Shown piece after piece: positions 27,020 through 42,000 of a stretch of DNA of 64,000 bases. The notes under the pieces were generated by a model. That model had not been told where the DNA came from and did no database searches. It saw only the letters and a program-made list of their open reading frames with translations. A program made the translations under genes and the position numbers. Where the stretch lies: contig CM059432.1 in NCBI GenBank assembly GCA_030390025.1, positions 142,912,001 to 142,976,000 on the forward strand. Reading direction: 5' to 3'. The DNA comes from Squalus acanthias. Its lineage: Eukaryota. The first letter of the stretch is position 1, and the number at the start of each line of letters is the position of its first letter.

Positions 27020-30000
27020 TCTAGTCCTGATCTGTACAAATATTTCTAGATTTTTCTAACACTGATTTGTTCACACAATTCCAGTTTATTCTTGTCCTGA
27101 TTTTTAAACACAGTTCCAGTTTATTCTTGTTTTGATCTCTACACACATTTCCAGAATATTTGAGTCCTGATCTGTACACGCAGTTCCAGATTATTCTAGT
27201 CCTGATCTGTACACACAGTTCCAGAATATTCTAGTCCTGATCTGTACACATAGTTCCAGATAATTCTTGTTTTGACCATTACACACAGTTCTAGATTATT
27301 CTAATCCTTAGCTGTACACACAGTTCCAGATTATTCTGGTCCTGATCTGCATACAAATTTCCAGATAATTCTAGTCCTGATCTGTACATGCAGTTCCAGA
27401 ATATTCTAGTCTTGATCTGTACAAATATTTCTAGATTTTTCTAACACTGATTTGTTCACACATTTCCAGTTTATTCTTGTCCTGATTTTTACACATAGTT
27501 CCAGTTTATTCTTGTTTTGATCTCTACACACTTTTCCACAAGATTCTAGTCCTGATATGTACACATGGTTCCAGTTTATTCTTGTATTGATCGGTACAAA
27601 CTATTCTAGATTATTCCAGTCCTGATCTGTACACAGAGTTCCCGATTATTATAGTCCTGATCTGTACACACAGTTCCAGATTATTCTAGCACTGACCTTT
27701 GCACACAGTTCCAGATAATTCTAGTCCTGATCTGTACACACAGTTCCAGATAATTCTAGTCCTGATCTGTGCACTCATTTCCAGATTTTTCTAGTCCTGA
27801 TCTGTACACAAAGTTCCAGATTTTTCTAGTCCTGATCTGTACAACCAGTCCAAGTTATTCTAGTCCTGATCTGTACACAATGTTGAAGATTATTTTTGTC
27901 CTGATCTGTACACACAGTTCCAGAATATTCTAGTCCTGATCTGTACACACAGTTACAGATTATTCTAATTCGGATCTCTACACACAGTTCCAGAATATTC
28001 TAGTTCTGATCTGTACACATAGTTCCAGATTATTCTTGTTTTGATCATTGCACACAGTTCGAGATTATTCTAGTCCTGATCTGTACATTCAGTTCCAGGT
28101 TATTGTAGTCCTGATCTATACACACAGTTTTAGATTATTCCCATCCTGATCTGTACACTCAGTTCCAGAATATTCTATTCCTGATCTGAACACACAGTTC
28201 CAGATTATTCTAGTCCTGATCTGTACAGAGAGTTCCAGATTATTCTAGTTCTGATCTCTATATACTGTTTCAGGTTATTCTAGTGCTGATGTGTACAAAC
28301 AGTTCCAAATTATTCTAGTCTGATCTCTGTAAACATTTCCTGAACATTCTAGTCCTGATCTGATCACACATTTCCAGATTATTCTAGTCCTGATCTGTAC
28401 ACACGTTTCCAGAATATTCTAGTCCTGATCTGTACACACAGTTCCAGATTATTCTAGTCCTGATCTGTACACACAGTTCCAGAATATTCTACTCCTGATG
28501 TGTACACATTGTTCCAGATAATTATTGTTTTGATCATTACACACAGTTCCAGATTATTCTAGTCCTGATCTGTACACATGTTTCCAGAATATTCTAGTCC
28601 TGATCTGTACACACAGTTCCAGATTATACTAGTCCTGGTCTGTACACACAGTTCCAGATTATTCTAGTCCTGATCTGTACACACAGTTCCAGTATATTCT
28701 AGTCCTGATCTGTACTCATTGTTCCAGATAATTATTGTTTTAATCATTACACACAGTTCTAGATTATTCAAATCCTGAGCTGTACACACAGTGCCAGATT
28801 ATTATAGAACTGACCTTTGCACACAGTTCCAGATAATTCTAGACCTGACCTGTACACACAGTTCCAGATTATTCCAGTCCTGATTTGTACACACAGTTCC
28901 AGATTATACTAGTCCTGATCTGCACACACTGTTCCAGATAATTCTAATCCTGATCTGAACACACAGTTCCAGATTATTCTAGTCCTGACCTGTACGCTCA
29001 GTTCCAGATTATTCTAGCCCTGATCTGTACACACAGTTCCATCTTATACTAGTCCTGATCTGTACACACTATTCCAGATTTTTCTAGCCCTGATCTGTAC
29101 AACCAGTCCAAGTTATTCCAGTCCTGATCTGTACACAAAGTTGAAGATTATTTTTGTCCTGAACTGTACAGACAGTTCCAGAATATTCTAGTCCTGATCT
29201 GTACACTCAGTTCCAGATTATTCTAATTCGGATCTCTACACACAGTTGCAGAATTTTCTAGTTCTGATCTGTACACATAGTTCCAGATTATTCTTGTTTT
29301 GAACATTGCACACAGTTAGAGATTATTCTAGTCCTGATCTGTACATTCAGTTCCAGAATATTCTAGTCCTGATCTGAACATACAGTTCCAGATTATTCTA
29401 GTCCTGATCTGTACAGACAGTTCCAGATTATTCTAGTTCTGGTCTCTATAAACATTTCCTGAATATTCTAGTCCTGATCTGATCGCACATTTCCAGATTA
29501 TTCTAGTCCTGATCTGTACACTCAGTTCCAGATTATTCTAGTCCTGATCTGTACACACAGTTCCAGAATATTCTAGTCCTGATCTGTACACATTGTTCCA
29601 GATAATTATTGTTTTGATCATTACACATGGTTCCAGATTATTCTAGTCCTGATCTGTACACACGTTTCCAGAATATTCTAGTCCTGATCTGTACACACAG
29701 TTCCAGATTATACTAGTCCTGGTCTGTACACACAGTTCCAGATTATTCTAGTCCTGATCTGTACACACAGTTCCAGTATATTCTAGTCCTGATCTGTACA
29801 CATTGTTCCAGATAATTATTGTTTTAATCATTACACACAGTTCTAGATTGTTCTAATCCTGAGCTGTACACACAGTGCCAGATTATTCTAGAACTGACCT
29901 TTGCACACAGTTCCAGATAATTCTAGACCAGACCTGTACACACAGTTCCAGATTATACCAATCCTGATCTGTACACACAGTTCCAGATTATACTAGTCCT

Positions 30001-33000
30001 GATCTGCACACACAGTTCCAGATAATTCTAATCCTGATCTGAACACACCGTTCCAGATTATTCTAGTCCAGACCTGTACGCTCAGTTCCAGATTATTCTA
30101 GTCCTGATCTGTACACACAGTTCCAGTTTATACTAGTCCTGATCTGTACACACTATTCCAGATTTTTCTAGTCCTGATCTGTACAACCAGTCCAAGTTTA
30201 TTCTAGTCCTGATCTGTACACAAAGTTGAAGATTATTTTTGTCCTGATCTGTACAAACAGTTCCAGAATATTCTAGTCCTGATCTGTACACACAGTTCCA
30301 GATTATTCTAATTCGGATCTCTACACACAGTTCCAGAATTTTCTAGTTCTGATCTGTACACATAGTTCCAGATTATTCTTGTTTTGAACATTGCAAGCAG
30401 TTCGAGATTATTCTAGTCCTGATCTGTACATTCAGTTCCAGATTATTCTAGTCCTGATCTATACACACAGTTTTAGATTATTCTCATCCTGATCTGTACA
30501 CACAGTTCCAGAATATTCTAGTCCTGATCTGAACACACAGTTCCAGATTATTCTAGTCCTGATCTCTACACACAGTTCCAGATTATTCTAGTCCTGATCT
30601 GAACACACAGTTCCAGATCATTCTAGTCCTGATCTGTACAGACTGTTCCAGATTATTCTAGTTCTGGTCTCTATATACTGTTTCAGGTTATTCTAGTCCT
30701 GATCTGTACAAACAGTTCCAGATTATTCTAGTCGTGATCTATACACACAGTTCCAGATTATTCTAGCACTGACCTTTGCACACAGTTCCAGATAATTCTA
30801 GTCCTGATCTGTACACACAGTTCCAGATTATTCTAGTCCTGATCTGTACACACTGTTCCAGATTATTCTAGTCCTGATCTGTACACACACTTCCAGAATA
30901 TTCTAGTCCTGATCTGTACACATTGTTCCAGATAATTATAGTTTTGATCATTACACACAGTTCCAGATTATTCTAGTCCTGATCTGTACACACTTTTCCA
31001 GAATATTCTAGTCCTGATCTGTACACACAGTTCCAGATTATACTAGTCCTGGTCTGTACACACAGTTCCAGATTATTCTAGTCCTGATCTGTACACACAG
31101 TTCCAGTATATCCTAGTCCTGATCTGCATACACAGTGCCAGATTATTCTAGTACTGGTCTGTACACACAGTTCCAGATAATTCTAGTCCTGATCTTTACA
31201 CACAGTTCCAGAATATTCTATTCCTGATCTGTACACACACACTTAAAGATTATTCTTGTCCTGATCTGTACACAGAGTTCCAGAGTATTCAAGTCCTGAT
31301 CTGTACACATTGTTCCAGGTAATTATTGTTTTGATCATTACACACAGTTCTAGATTATTCTAATCCTGAGCTGTACACACACAGTGCCAGTTATTCTAGC
31401 ACTGACATTTGCACACAGTTCCAGATTATTCTAGACCTGACCTGTACACACAGTTCCAGATTATTCTAGTCCTGATCTGTACACACAGTTCCAGATTATA
31501 CTAGTCCTGATCTGTACACACAGTGCCAGATTATTCTAGTCCTGATCTGTACAAACTTTTCCAGATTATTCTAGTCCTGATCAGTACAAACAGTTCCAGA
31601 ATATTCTAGTTCTGATCTCTACCCACAGATCCAGAATATTCTAGTCCTGATCTGTACACACAGTTCCAGATTATTCTAGTCCTGATCTGTACACACAGTT
31701 CCAGTATATCCTAGTCCTGATCTGCATACACAGTGCCAGATTATTCTAGTACTGGTCTGTACACACAGTTCCAGATAATTCTAGTCCTGATCTTTACACA
31801 CAGTTCCAGAATATTCTATTCCTGATCTGTACACACACACTTAAAGATTATTCTAGTCCTGATCTGTACACAGAGTTCCAGAGTATTCAAGTCCTGATCT
31901 GTACACATTGTTCCAGGTAATTATTGTTTTGATCATTACACACAGTTCTAGATTATTCTAATCCTGAGCTGTACACACACAGTGCCAGTTATTCTAGCAC
32001 TGACATTTGCACACAGTTCCAGATTATTCTAGACCTGACCTGTACACACAGTTCCAGATTATTCTAGTCCTGATCTGTACACACAGTTCCAGATTATACT
32101 AGTCCTGATCTGTACACACAGTGCCAGATTATTCTAGTCCTGATCTGTACACACTTTTCCAGATTATTCTAGTCCTGATCCGTACAAACAGTTCCAGACT
32201 ATTCTAGTTCTGATCTCTACCCACAGATCCAGAATATTCTAGTCCTGATCTGTACACATATTTCCAGATTATTCTTGTTTTGATCATTACACACAGTTCT
32301 AGATTATTCTAATCCTGATGTGTACACACAGTTCCAGATTATTCTTATCCAGATCTGTACACACAGTCCCAGATTATTTTAGTCCTGATCGGTACACACA
32401 GTTCAACATTATTCTAGTCCTGATCTGTACACACAGTTCCAGATTATTATAGTTCTGATCTCTACACACAGTTCCAGAATATTCTAGTCCTGATCTGTAC
32501 ACACAGTTCCAGATAATTCTAGTCCTCATCTGTACACGCAGTTCCAGATTATTCTAGTCCTGATCTCTACACACAGTTCCAGATTATTCTAATCCTGATC
32601 TGCACACACAGTTCCAGATTATTTTAGTCCTGATCTGTACACACAGTTCAACATTATTCTAGTCCTGATCTGTACACACAGTTCCAGATTATTATAGTAC
32701 TGATCTCTACACACAGTTCCAGAATATTCTATTCCTGATCTGTACACACAGTTCAAGATAATTCTAGTCCTGATCTGTACACGCAGTTCCAGATTATTCT
32801 AGTCCGGATCTCTACACACAGTTCCAGATTATTCTAATCCTGATCTGTACACACTGTTCCAGATTATTCTAGTTCTGATCTGTACAGACAGTTCCAGATT
32901 ATTCTAGTTCTGGTCTCTATAAACATTTCCTGAATATTCTAGTCCTGATCTGATCGCACATTTCCAGATTATTCTAGTCCTGATCTGTACACACAGTTCC

Positions 33001-36000
33001 AGATTATTCTAGTCCTGATCTGTACACACAGTTCCAGAATATTCTAGTCCTGATCTGTACACATAGTTCCAGATAATTATTGTTTTGATCATTACACACG
33101 GTTCCAGATTATTCTAGTCCTGATCTGTACACACGTTTCCAGAATATTCTAGTCCTGATCTGTACACACAGTTCCAAATTATACTAGTCCTGGTCTGTAC
33201 ACACAGTTCCAGATTATTCTAGTCCTGATCTGTACACACAGTTCCAGTATATTCTAGTCCTGATCTGTACACATTGTTCCAGATAATTATTGTTTTAATC
33301 ATTACACACAGTTCTAGATTGTTCTAATCCTGAGCTGTACACACAGTGCCAGATTATTCTAGAACTGACCTTTGCACACAGTTCCAGATAATTCTAGACC
33401 AGACCTGTACACACAGTTCCAGATTATACCAATCCTGATCTGTACACACAGTTCCAGATAATTCTAATCCTGATCTGAACACACCGTTCCAGATTATTCT
33501 AGTCCAGACCTGTACGCTCAGTTCCAGATTATTCTAGTCCTGATCTGTACACACAGTTCCAGTTTATACTAGTCCTGATCTGTACACACTATTCCAGATT
33601 TTTCTAGTCCTGATCTGTACAACCAGTCCAAGTTTATTCTAGTCCTGATCTGTACACAAAGTTGAAGATTATTTTTGTCCTGATCTGTACAAACAGTTCC
33701 AGAATATTCTAGTCCTGATCTGTACACACAGTTCCAGATTATTCTAATTCGGATCTCTACACACAGTTCCAGAATTTTCTAGTTCTGATCTGTACACATA
33801 GTTCCAGATTATTCTTGTTTTGAACATTGCAAGCAGTTCGAGATTATTCTAGTCCTGATCTGTACATTCAGTTCCAGATTATTCTAGTCCTGATCTATAC
33901 ACACAGTTTTAGATTATTCTCATCCTGATCTGTACACACAGTTCCAGAATATTCTAGTCCTGATCTGAACACACAGTTCCAGATTATTCTAGTCCTGATC
34001 TGAACACACAGTTCCAGATTATTCTAGTCCTGATCTGAACACACAGTTCCAGATCATTCTAGTCCTGATCTGTACAGACTGTTCCAGATTATTCTAGTTC
34101 TGGTCTCTATATACTGTTTCAGGTTATTCTAGTCCTGATCTGTACAAACAGTTCCAGATTATTCTAGTCGTGATCTATACACACAGTTCCAGATTATTCT
34201 AGCACTGACCTTTGCACACAGTTCCAGATAATTCTAGTCCTGATCTGTACACACAGTTCCAGATTATTCTCGTCCTGATCTGTACACACTGTTCCAGATT
34301 ATTCTAGTCCTGATCTGTACACACACTTCCAGAATATTCTAGTCCTGATCTGTACACATTGTTCCAGATAATTATAGTTTTGATCATTACACACAGTTCC
34401 AGATTATTCTAGTCCTGATCTGTACACACTTTTCCAGAATATTCTAGTCCTGATCTGTACACACAGTTCCAGATTATACTAGTCCTGGTCTGTACACACA
34501 GTTCCAGATTATTCTAGTCCTGATCTGTACACACAGTTCCAGTATATCCTAGTCCTGATCTGCATACACAGTGCCAGATTATTCTAGTACTGGTCTGTAC
34601 ACACAGTTCCAGATAATTCTAGTCCTGATCTTTACACACAGTTCCAGAATATTCTATTCCTGATCTGTACACACACACTTAAAGATTATTCTTGTCCTGA
34701 TCTGTACACAGAGTTCCAGAGTATTCAAGTCCTGATCTGTACACATTGTTCCAGGTAATTATTGTTTTGATCATTACACACAGTTCTAGATTATTCTAAT
34801 CCTGAGCTGTACACACACAGTGCCAGTTATTCTAGCACTGACATTTGCACACAGTTCCAGATTATTCTAGACCTGACCTGTACACACAGTTCCAGATTAT
34901 TCTAGTCCTGATCTGTACACACAGTTCCAGATTATACTAGTCCTGATCTGTACACACAGTGCCAGATTATTCTAGTCCTGATCTGTACAAACTTTTCCAG
35001 ATTATTCTAGTCCTGATCCGTACAAACAGTTCCAGACTATTCTAGTTCTGATCTCTACCCACAGATCCAGAATATTCTAGTCCTGATCTGTACACACAGT
35101 TCCAGATTATTCTAGTCCTGATCTGTACACACAGTTCCAGTATATCCTAGTCCTGATCTGCATACACAGTGCCAGATTATTCTAGTACTGGTCTGTACAC
35201 ACAGTTCCAGATAATTCTAGTCCTGATCTTTACACACAGTTCCAGAATATTCTATTCCTGATCTGTACACACACACTTAAAGATTATTCTTGTCCTGATC
35301 TGTACACAGAGTTCCAGAGTATTCAAGTCCTGATCTGTACACATTGTTCCAGGTAATTATTGTTTTGATCATTACACACAGTTCTAGATTATTCTAATCC
35401 TGAGCAGTACACACACAGTGCCAGTTATTCTAGCACTGACATTTGCACACAGTTCCAGATTATTCTAGACCTGACCTGTACACACAGTTCCAGATTATTC
35501 TAGTCCTGATCTGTACACACAGTTCCAGATTATACTAGTCCTGATCTGTACACACAGTGCCAGATTATTCTAGTCCTGATCTGTACACACTTTTCCAGAT
35601 TATTCTAGTCCTGATCCGTACAAACAGTTCCAGACTATTCTAGTTCTGATCTCTACCCACAGATCCAGAATATTCTAGTCCTGATCTGTACACATATTTC
35701 CAGATTATTCTTGTTTTGATCATTACACACAGTTCTAGATTATTCTAATCCTGATGTGTACACACAGTTCCAGATTATTCTTATCCAGATCTGTACACAC
35801 AGTCCCAGATTATTTTAGTCCTGATCGGTACACACAGTTCAACATTATTCTAGTCCTGATCTGTACACACAGTTCCAGATTATTATAGTTCTGATCTCTA
35901 CACACAGTTCCAGAATATTCTAGTCCTGATCTGTACACACAGTTCCAGATAATTCTAGTCCTCATCTGTACACGCAGTTCCAGATTATTCTAGTCCTGAT

Positions 36001-39000
36001 CTCTACACACAGTTCCAGATTATTCTAATCCTGATCTGCACACACAGTTCCAGATTATTTTAGTCCTGATCTGTACACACAGTTCAACATTATTCTAGTC
36101 CTGATCTGTACACACAGTTCCAGATTATTATAGTACTGATCTCTACACACAGTTCCAGAATATTCTATTCCTGATCTGTACACACAGTTCAAGATAATTC
36201 TAGTCCTGATCTGTACACGCAGTTCCAGATTATTCTAGTCCGGATCTCTACACACAGTTCCAGATTATTCTAATCCTGATCTGTACACACTGTTCCAGAT
36301 TATTCTAGTTCTGATCTGTACAGACAGTTCCAGATTATTCTAGTTCTGGTCTCTATAAACATTTCCTGAATATTCTAGTCCTGATCTGATCGCACATTTC
36401 CAGATTATTCTAGTCCTGATCTGTACACACAGTTCCAGATTATTCTAGTCCTGATCTGTACACACAGTTCCAGAATATTCTAGTCCTGATCTGTACACAT
36501 TGTTCCAGATAATTATTGTTTTGATCATTACACACGGTTCCAGATTATTCTAGTCCTGATCTGTACACACGTTTCCAGAATATTCTAGTCCTGATCTGTA
36601 CACACAGTTCCAAATTATACTAGTCCTGGTCTGTACACACAGTTCCAGATTATTCTAGTCCTGATCTGTACACACAGTTCCAGTATATTCTAGTCCTGAT
36701 CTGTACACATTGTTCCAGATAATTATTGTTTTAATCATTACACACAGTTCTAGATTGTTCTAATCCTGAGCTGTACACACAGTGCCAGATTATTCTAGAA
36801 CTGACCTTTGCACACAGTTCCAGATAATTCTAGACCAGACCTGTACACACAGTTCCAGATTATACTAGTCCTGATCTGTACACACAGTTCCAGATTATAC
36901 TAGTCCTGATCTGCACACACAGTTCCAGATAATTCTAATCCTGATATGAACACACAGTTCCAGATTATTCTAGTCCAGACCTGTACGCTCAGTTCCAGAT
37001 TATTCTAGTCCTGATCTGTACACACAGTTCCAGCTTATACTAGTCCTGATCTGTACACACTATTCCAGATTTTTCAAGTCCTGATCTGTACAACCAGTCC
37101 AAGTTTATTCTGGTCCTGATCTGTACACAAAGTTGAAGATTATTTTTGTCCTGATCTGTACAAACAGTTCCAGAATATTCTAGTCCTGATCTGTACACAC
37201 AGTTCCATATTATTCTAATTCGGATCTCTACACACAGTTCCAGAATTTTCTAGTTCTGATCTGTACACATAATTCCAGATTATTCTTGTTTTGAATTTTG
37301 CAAGCAGTTCGAGATTATTCTAGTCCTGATCTGTACATTCAGTTCCAGATTATTCTAGTCCTGATCTATACACACAGTTTTAGATTATTCTCATCCTGAT
37401 CTGTACACACAGTTCCAGAATATTCTAGTCCTGATCTGAACACACAGTTCCAGATTATTCTAGTCCTGATCTGAACACACAGTTCCAGATTATTCTAGTC
37501 CTGATCTGAACACACAGTTCCAGATCATTCTAGTCCTGATCTGTACAGACTGTTCCAGATTATTCTAGTTCTGGTCTCTATATACTGTTTCAGGTTATTC
37601 TAGTCCTGATCTGTACAAACAGTTCCAGATTATTCTAGTCGTGATCTATACACACAGTTCCAGATTATTCTAGCACTGACCTTTGCACACAGTTCCAGAT
37701 AATTCTAGTCCTGATCTGTACACACAGTTCCAGATTATTCTAGTCCTGATCTGTACACACTGTTCCAGATTATTCTAGTCCTGATCTGTACACACACTTC
37801 CAGTATATCCTAGTCCTGATCTGCATACACAGTGCCAGATTATTCTAGTCCTGGTCTGTACACACAGTTCCAGATAATTCTAGTCATGATCTTTACACAC
37901 AGTTCCAGAATATTCTATTCCTGATCTGTACACACACACTTAAAGATTATTCTTGTCCTGATCTGTACACAGAGTTCCAGAGTATTCAAGTCCTGATCTG
38001 TACACATTGTTCCAGGTAATTATTGTTTTGATCATTACACACAGTTCTAGATTATTCTAATCCTGAGCTGTACACACACAGTGCCAGTTATTCTAGCACT
38101 GACATTTGCACACAGTTCCAGATTATTCTAGACCTGACCTGTACACACAGTTCCAGATTATTCTAGTCCTGATCTGTACACACAGTTCCAGATTATACTA
38201 GTCCTGATCTGTACACACAGTGCCAGATTATTCTAGTCCTGATCTGTACACACTTTTCCAGATTATTCTAGTCCTGATCCGTACAAACAGTTCCAGACTA
38301 TTCTAGTTCTGATCTCTACCCACAGATCCAGAATATTCTAGTCCTGATCTGTACACATATTTCCAGATTATTCTTGTTTTGATCATTACACACAGTTCTA
38401 GATTATTCTAATCCTGATGTGTACACACAGTTCCAGATTATTCTTATCCAGATCTGTACACACAGTCCCAGATTATTTTAGTCCTGATCGGTACACACAG
38501 TTCAACATTATTCTAGTACTGATCTGTACACACAGTTCCAGATTATTATAGTTCTGATCTCTACACACAGTTCCAGAATATTCTAGTCCTGATCTGTACA
38601 TACAGTTCCAGATTATTATAGTTCTGATCTCTACACACAGTTCCAGATTATTCTAGTCCGGATCTCTACACACAGTTCCAGATTATTCTAATCCTGATCT
38701 GTACACACTGTTCCAGATTATTCTAGTTCTGATCTGTACAGACAGTTCCAGATTATTCTAGTTCTGGTCTCTATAAACATTTCCTGAATATTCTAGTCCT
38801 GATCTGATCGCACATTTCCAGATTATTCTAGTCCTGATCTGTACACACAGTTCCAGATTATTCTAGTCCTGATCTGTACACACAGTTCCAGAATATTCTA
38901 GTCCTGATCTGTACACATTGTTCCAGATAATTATTGTTTAGATCATTACACACGGTTCAAGATTATTCTAGTCCTGATCTGTACACACGTTTCCAGAATA

Positions 39001-42000
39001 TTCTAGTCCTGATCTGTACACACAGTTCCAAATTATACTAGTCCTGGTCTGTACACACAGTTCCAGATTATTCTAGTCCTGATCTGTACACACAGTTCCA
39101 GTATATTCTAGTCCTGATCTGTACACATTGTTCCAGATAATTATTGTTTTAATCATTACACACAGTTCTAGATTGTTCTAATCCTGAGCTGTACACACAG
39201 TGCCAGATTATTCTAGAACTGACCTTTGCACACAGTTCCAGATAATTCTAGACCAGACCTGTACACACAGTTCCAGATTATACTAGTCCTGATCTGTACA
39301 CACAGTTCCAGATTATACTAGTCCTGATCTGCACACACAGTTCCAGATAATTCTAATCCTGATCTGAACACACAGTTCCAGATTATTCTAGTCCAGACCT
39401 GTACGCTCAGTTCCAGATTATTCTAGTCCTGATCTGTACACACAGTTCCAGCTTATACTAGTCCTGATCTGTACACACTATTCCAGATTTTTCTAGTCCT
39501 GATCTGTACAACCAGTCCAAGTTTATTCTAGTCCTGATCTGTACACAAAGTTGAAGATTATTTTTGTCCTGATCTGTACAAACAGTTCCAGAATATTCTA
39601 GTCCTGATCTGTACACACAGTTCCAGATTATTCTAATTCGGATCTCTACACACAGTTCCAGAATTTTCTAGTTCTGATCTGTACACATAGTTCCAGATTA
39701 TTCTTGTTTTGAACATTGCAAGCAGTTCGAGATTATTCTAGTCCTGATCTGTACATTCAGTTCCAGATTATTCTAGTCCTGATCTATACACACAGTTTTA
39801 GATTATTCTCATCCTGATCTGTACACACAGTTCCAGAATATTCTAGTCCTGATCTGAACACACAGTTCCAGATTATTCTAGTCCTGATCTGAACACACAG
39901 TTCCAGATTATTCTAGTCCTGATCTGAACACACAGTTCCAGATCATTCTAGTCCTGATCTGTACAGACTGTTCCAGATTATTCTAGTTCTGGTCTCTATA
40001 TACTGTTTCAGGTTATTCTAGTCCTGATCTGTACAAACAGTTCCAGATTATTCTAGTCGTGATCTATACACACAGTTCCAGATTATTCTAGCACTGACCT
40101 TTGCACACAGTTCCAGATAATTCTAGTCCTGATCTGTACACACAGTTCCAGATTATTCTAGTCCTGATCTGTACACACTGTTCCAGATTATTCTAGTCCT
40201 GATCTGTACACACAGTTCCAGAATATTCTAGTCCTGATCTGTACACATTGTTCCAGATAATTATAGTTTTGATCATTACACACAGTTCCAGATTATTCTA
40301 GTCCTGATCTGTACACACTTTTCCATAATATTCTAGTCCTGATCTGTACACACAGTTCCAGATTATACTAGTCCTGGTCTGTACACACAGTTCCAGATTA
40401 TTCTAGTCCTGATCTGTACACACAGTTCCAGTATATCCTAGTCCTGATCTGCATACACAGTGCCAGATTATTCTAGTCCTGGTCTGTACACACAGTTCCA
40501 GATAATTCTAGTCCTGATCTTTACACACAGTTCCAGAATATTCTATTCCTGATCTGTACACACACACTTAAAGATTATTCTTGTCCTGATCTGTACACAG
40601 AGTTCCAGAGTATTCAAGTCCTGATCTGTACACATTGTTCCAGGTAATTATTGTTTTGATCATTACACACAGTTCTAGATTATTCTAATCCTGAGCTGTA
40701 CACACACAGTGCCAGTTATTCTAGCACTGACATTTGCACACAGTTCCAGATTATTCTAGACCTGACCTGTACACACAGTTCCAGATTATTCTAGTCCTGA
40801 TCTGTACACACAGTTCCAGATTATACTAGTCCTGATCTGTACACACAGTGCCAGATTATTCTAGTCCTGATCTGTACACACAGTTCCAGATTATTCTAGT
40901 CCTGATCTGTACACACAGTTCCAGAATATTCTAGTCCTGATCTGTACAAATTGTTCCAGATAATTATTGTTTTGATCATTACACACGGTTCCAGATTATT
41001 CTAGTCCTGATCTGTACACACGTTTCCAGAATATTCTAGCCCTGATCTGTACACACAGTTCCAAATTATACTAGTCCTGGTCTGTACACACAGTTCCAGA
41101 TTATTCTAGTCCTGATCTGTACACACAGTTCCAGTATATTCTAGTCCTGATCTGTACACATTGTTCCAGATAATTATTGTTTTAATCATTACACACAGTT
41201 CTAGATTGTTCTAATCCTGAGCTGTACACACAGTGCCAGATTATTCTAGAACTGACCTTTGCACACAGTTCCAGATAATTCTAGACCAGACCTGTACACA
41301 CAGTTCCAGATTATACTAGTCCTGATCTGTACACACAGTTCCAGATTATACTAGTCCTGATCTGCACAGACAGTTCCAGATAATTCTAATCCTGATCTGA
41401 ACACACAGTTCCAGATTATTCTAGTCCAGACCTGTACGCTCAGTTCCAGATTATTCTAGTCCTGATCTGTACACACAGTTCCAGCTTATACTAGTCCTGA
41501 TGTGTACACAGTATTCCAGATTTTTCTAGTCCTGATCTGTACAACCAGTCCAAGTTTATTCTAGTCCTGATCTGTACACAAAGTTGAAGATTATTTTTGT
41601 CCTGATCTGTACAAACAGTTCCAGAATATTCTAGTCCTGATCTGTACACACAGTTCCATATTATTCTAATTCGGATCTCTACACACAGTTCCAGAATTTT
41701 CTAGTTCTGATCTGTACACATAGTTCCAGATTATTCTTGTTTTGAACATTGCAAGCAGTTCGAGATTATTCTAGTCCTGATCTGTACAGTCAGTTCCAGA
41801 TTATTCTAGTCCTGATCTATACACACAGTTTTAGATTATTCTCATCCTGATCTGTACACACAGTTCCAGAATATTCTAGTCCTGATCTGAACACACAGTT
41901 CCAGATTATTCTAGTCCTGATCTGAACACACAGTTCCAGATTATTCTAGTTCTGATCTGAACACACAGTTCCAGATCATTCTAGTCCTGATCAGTACAGA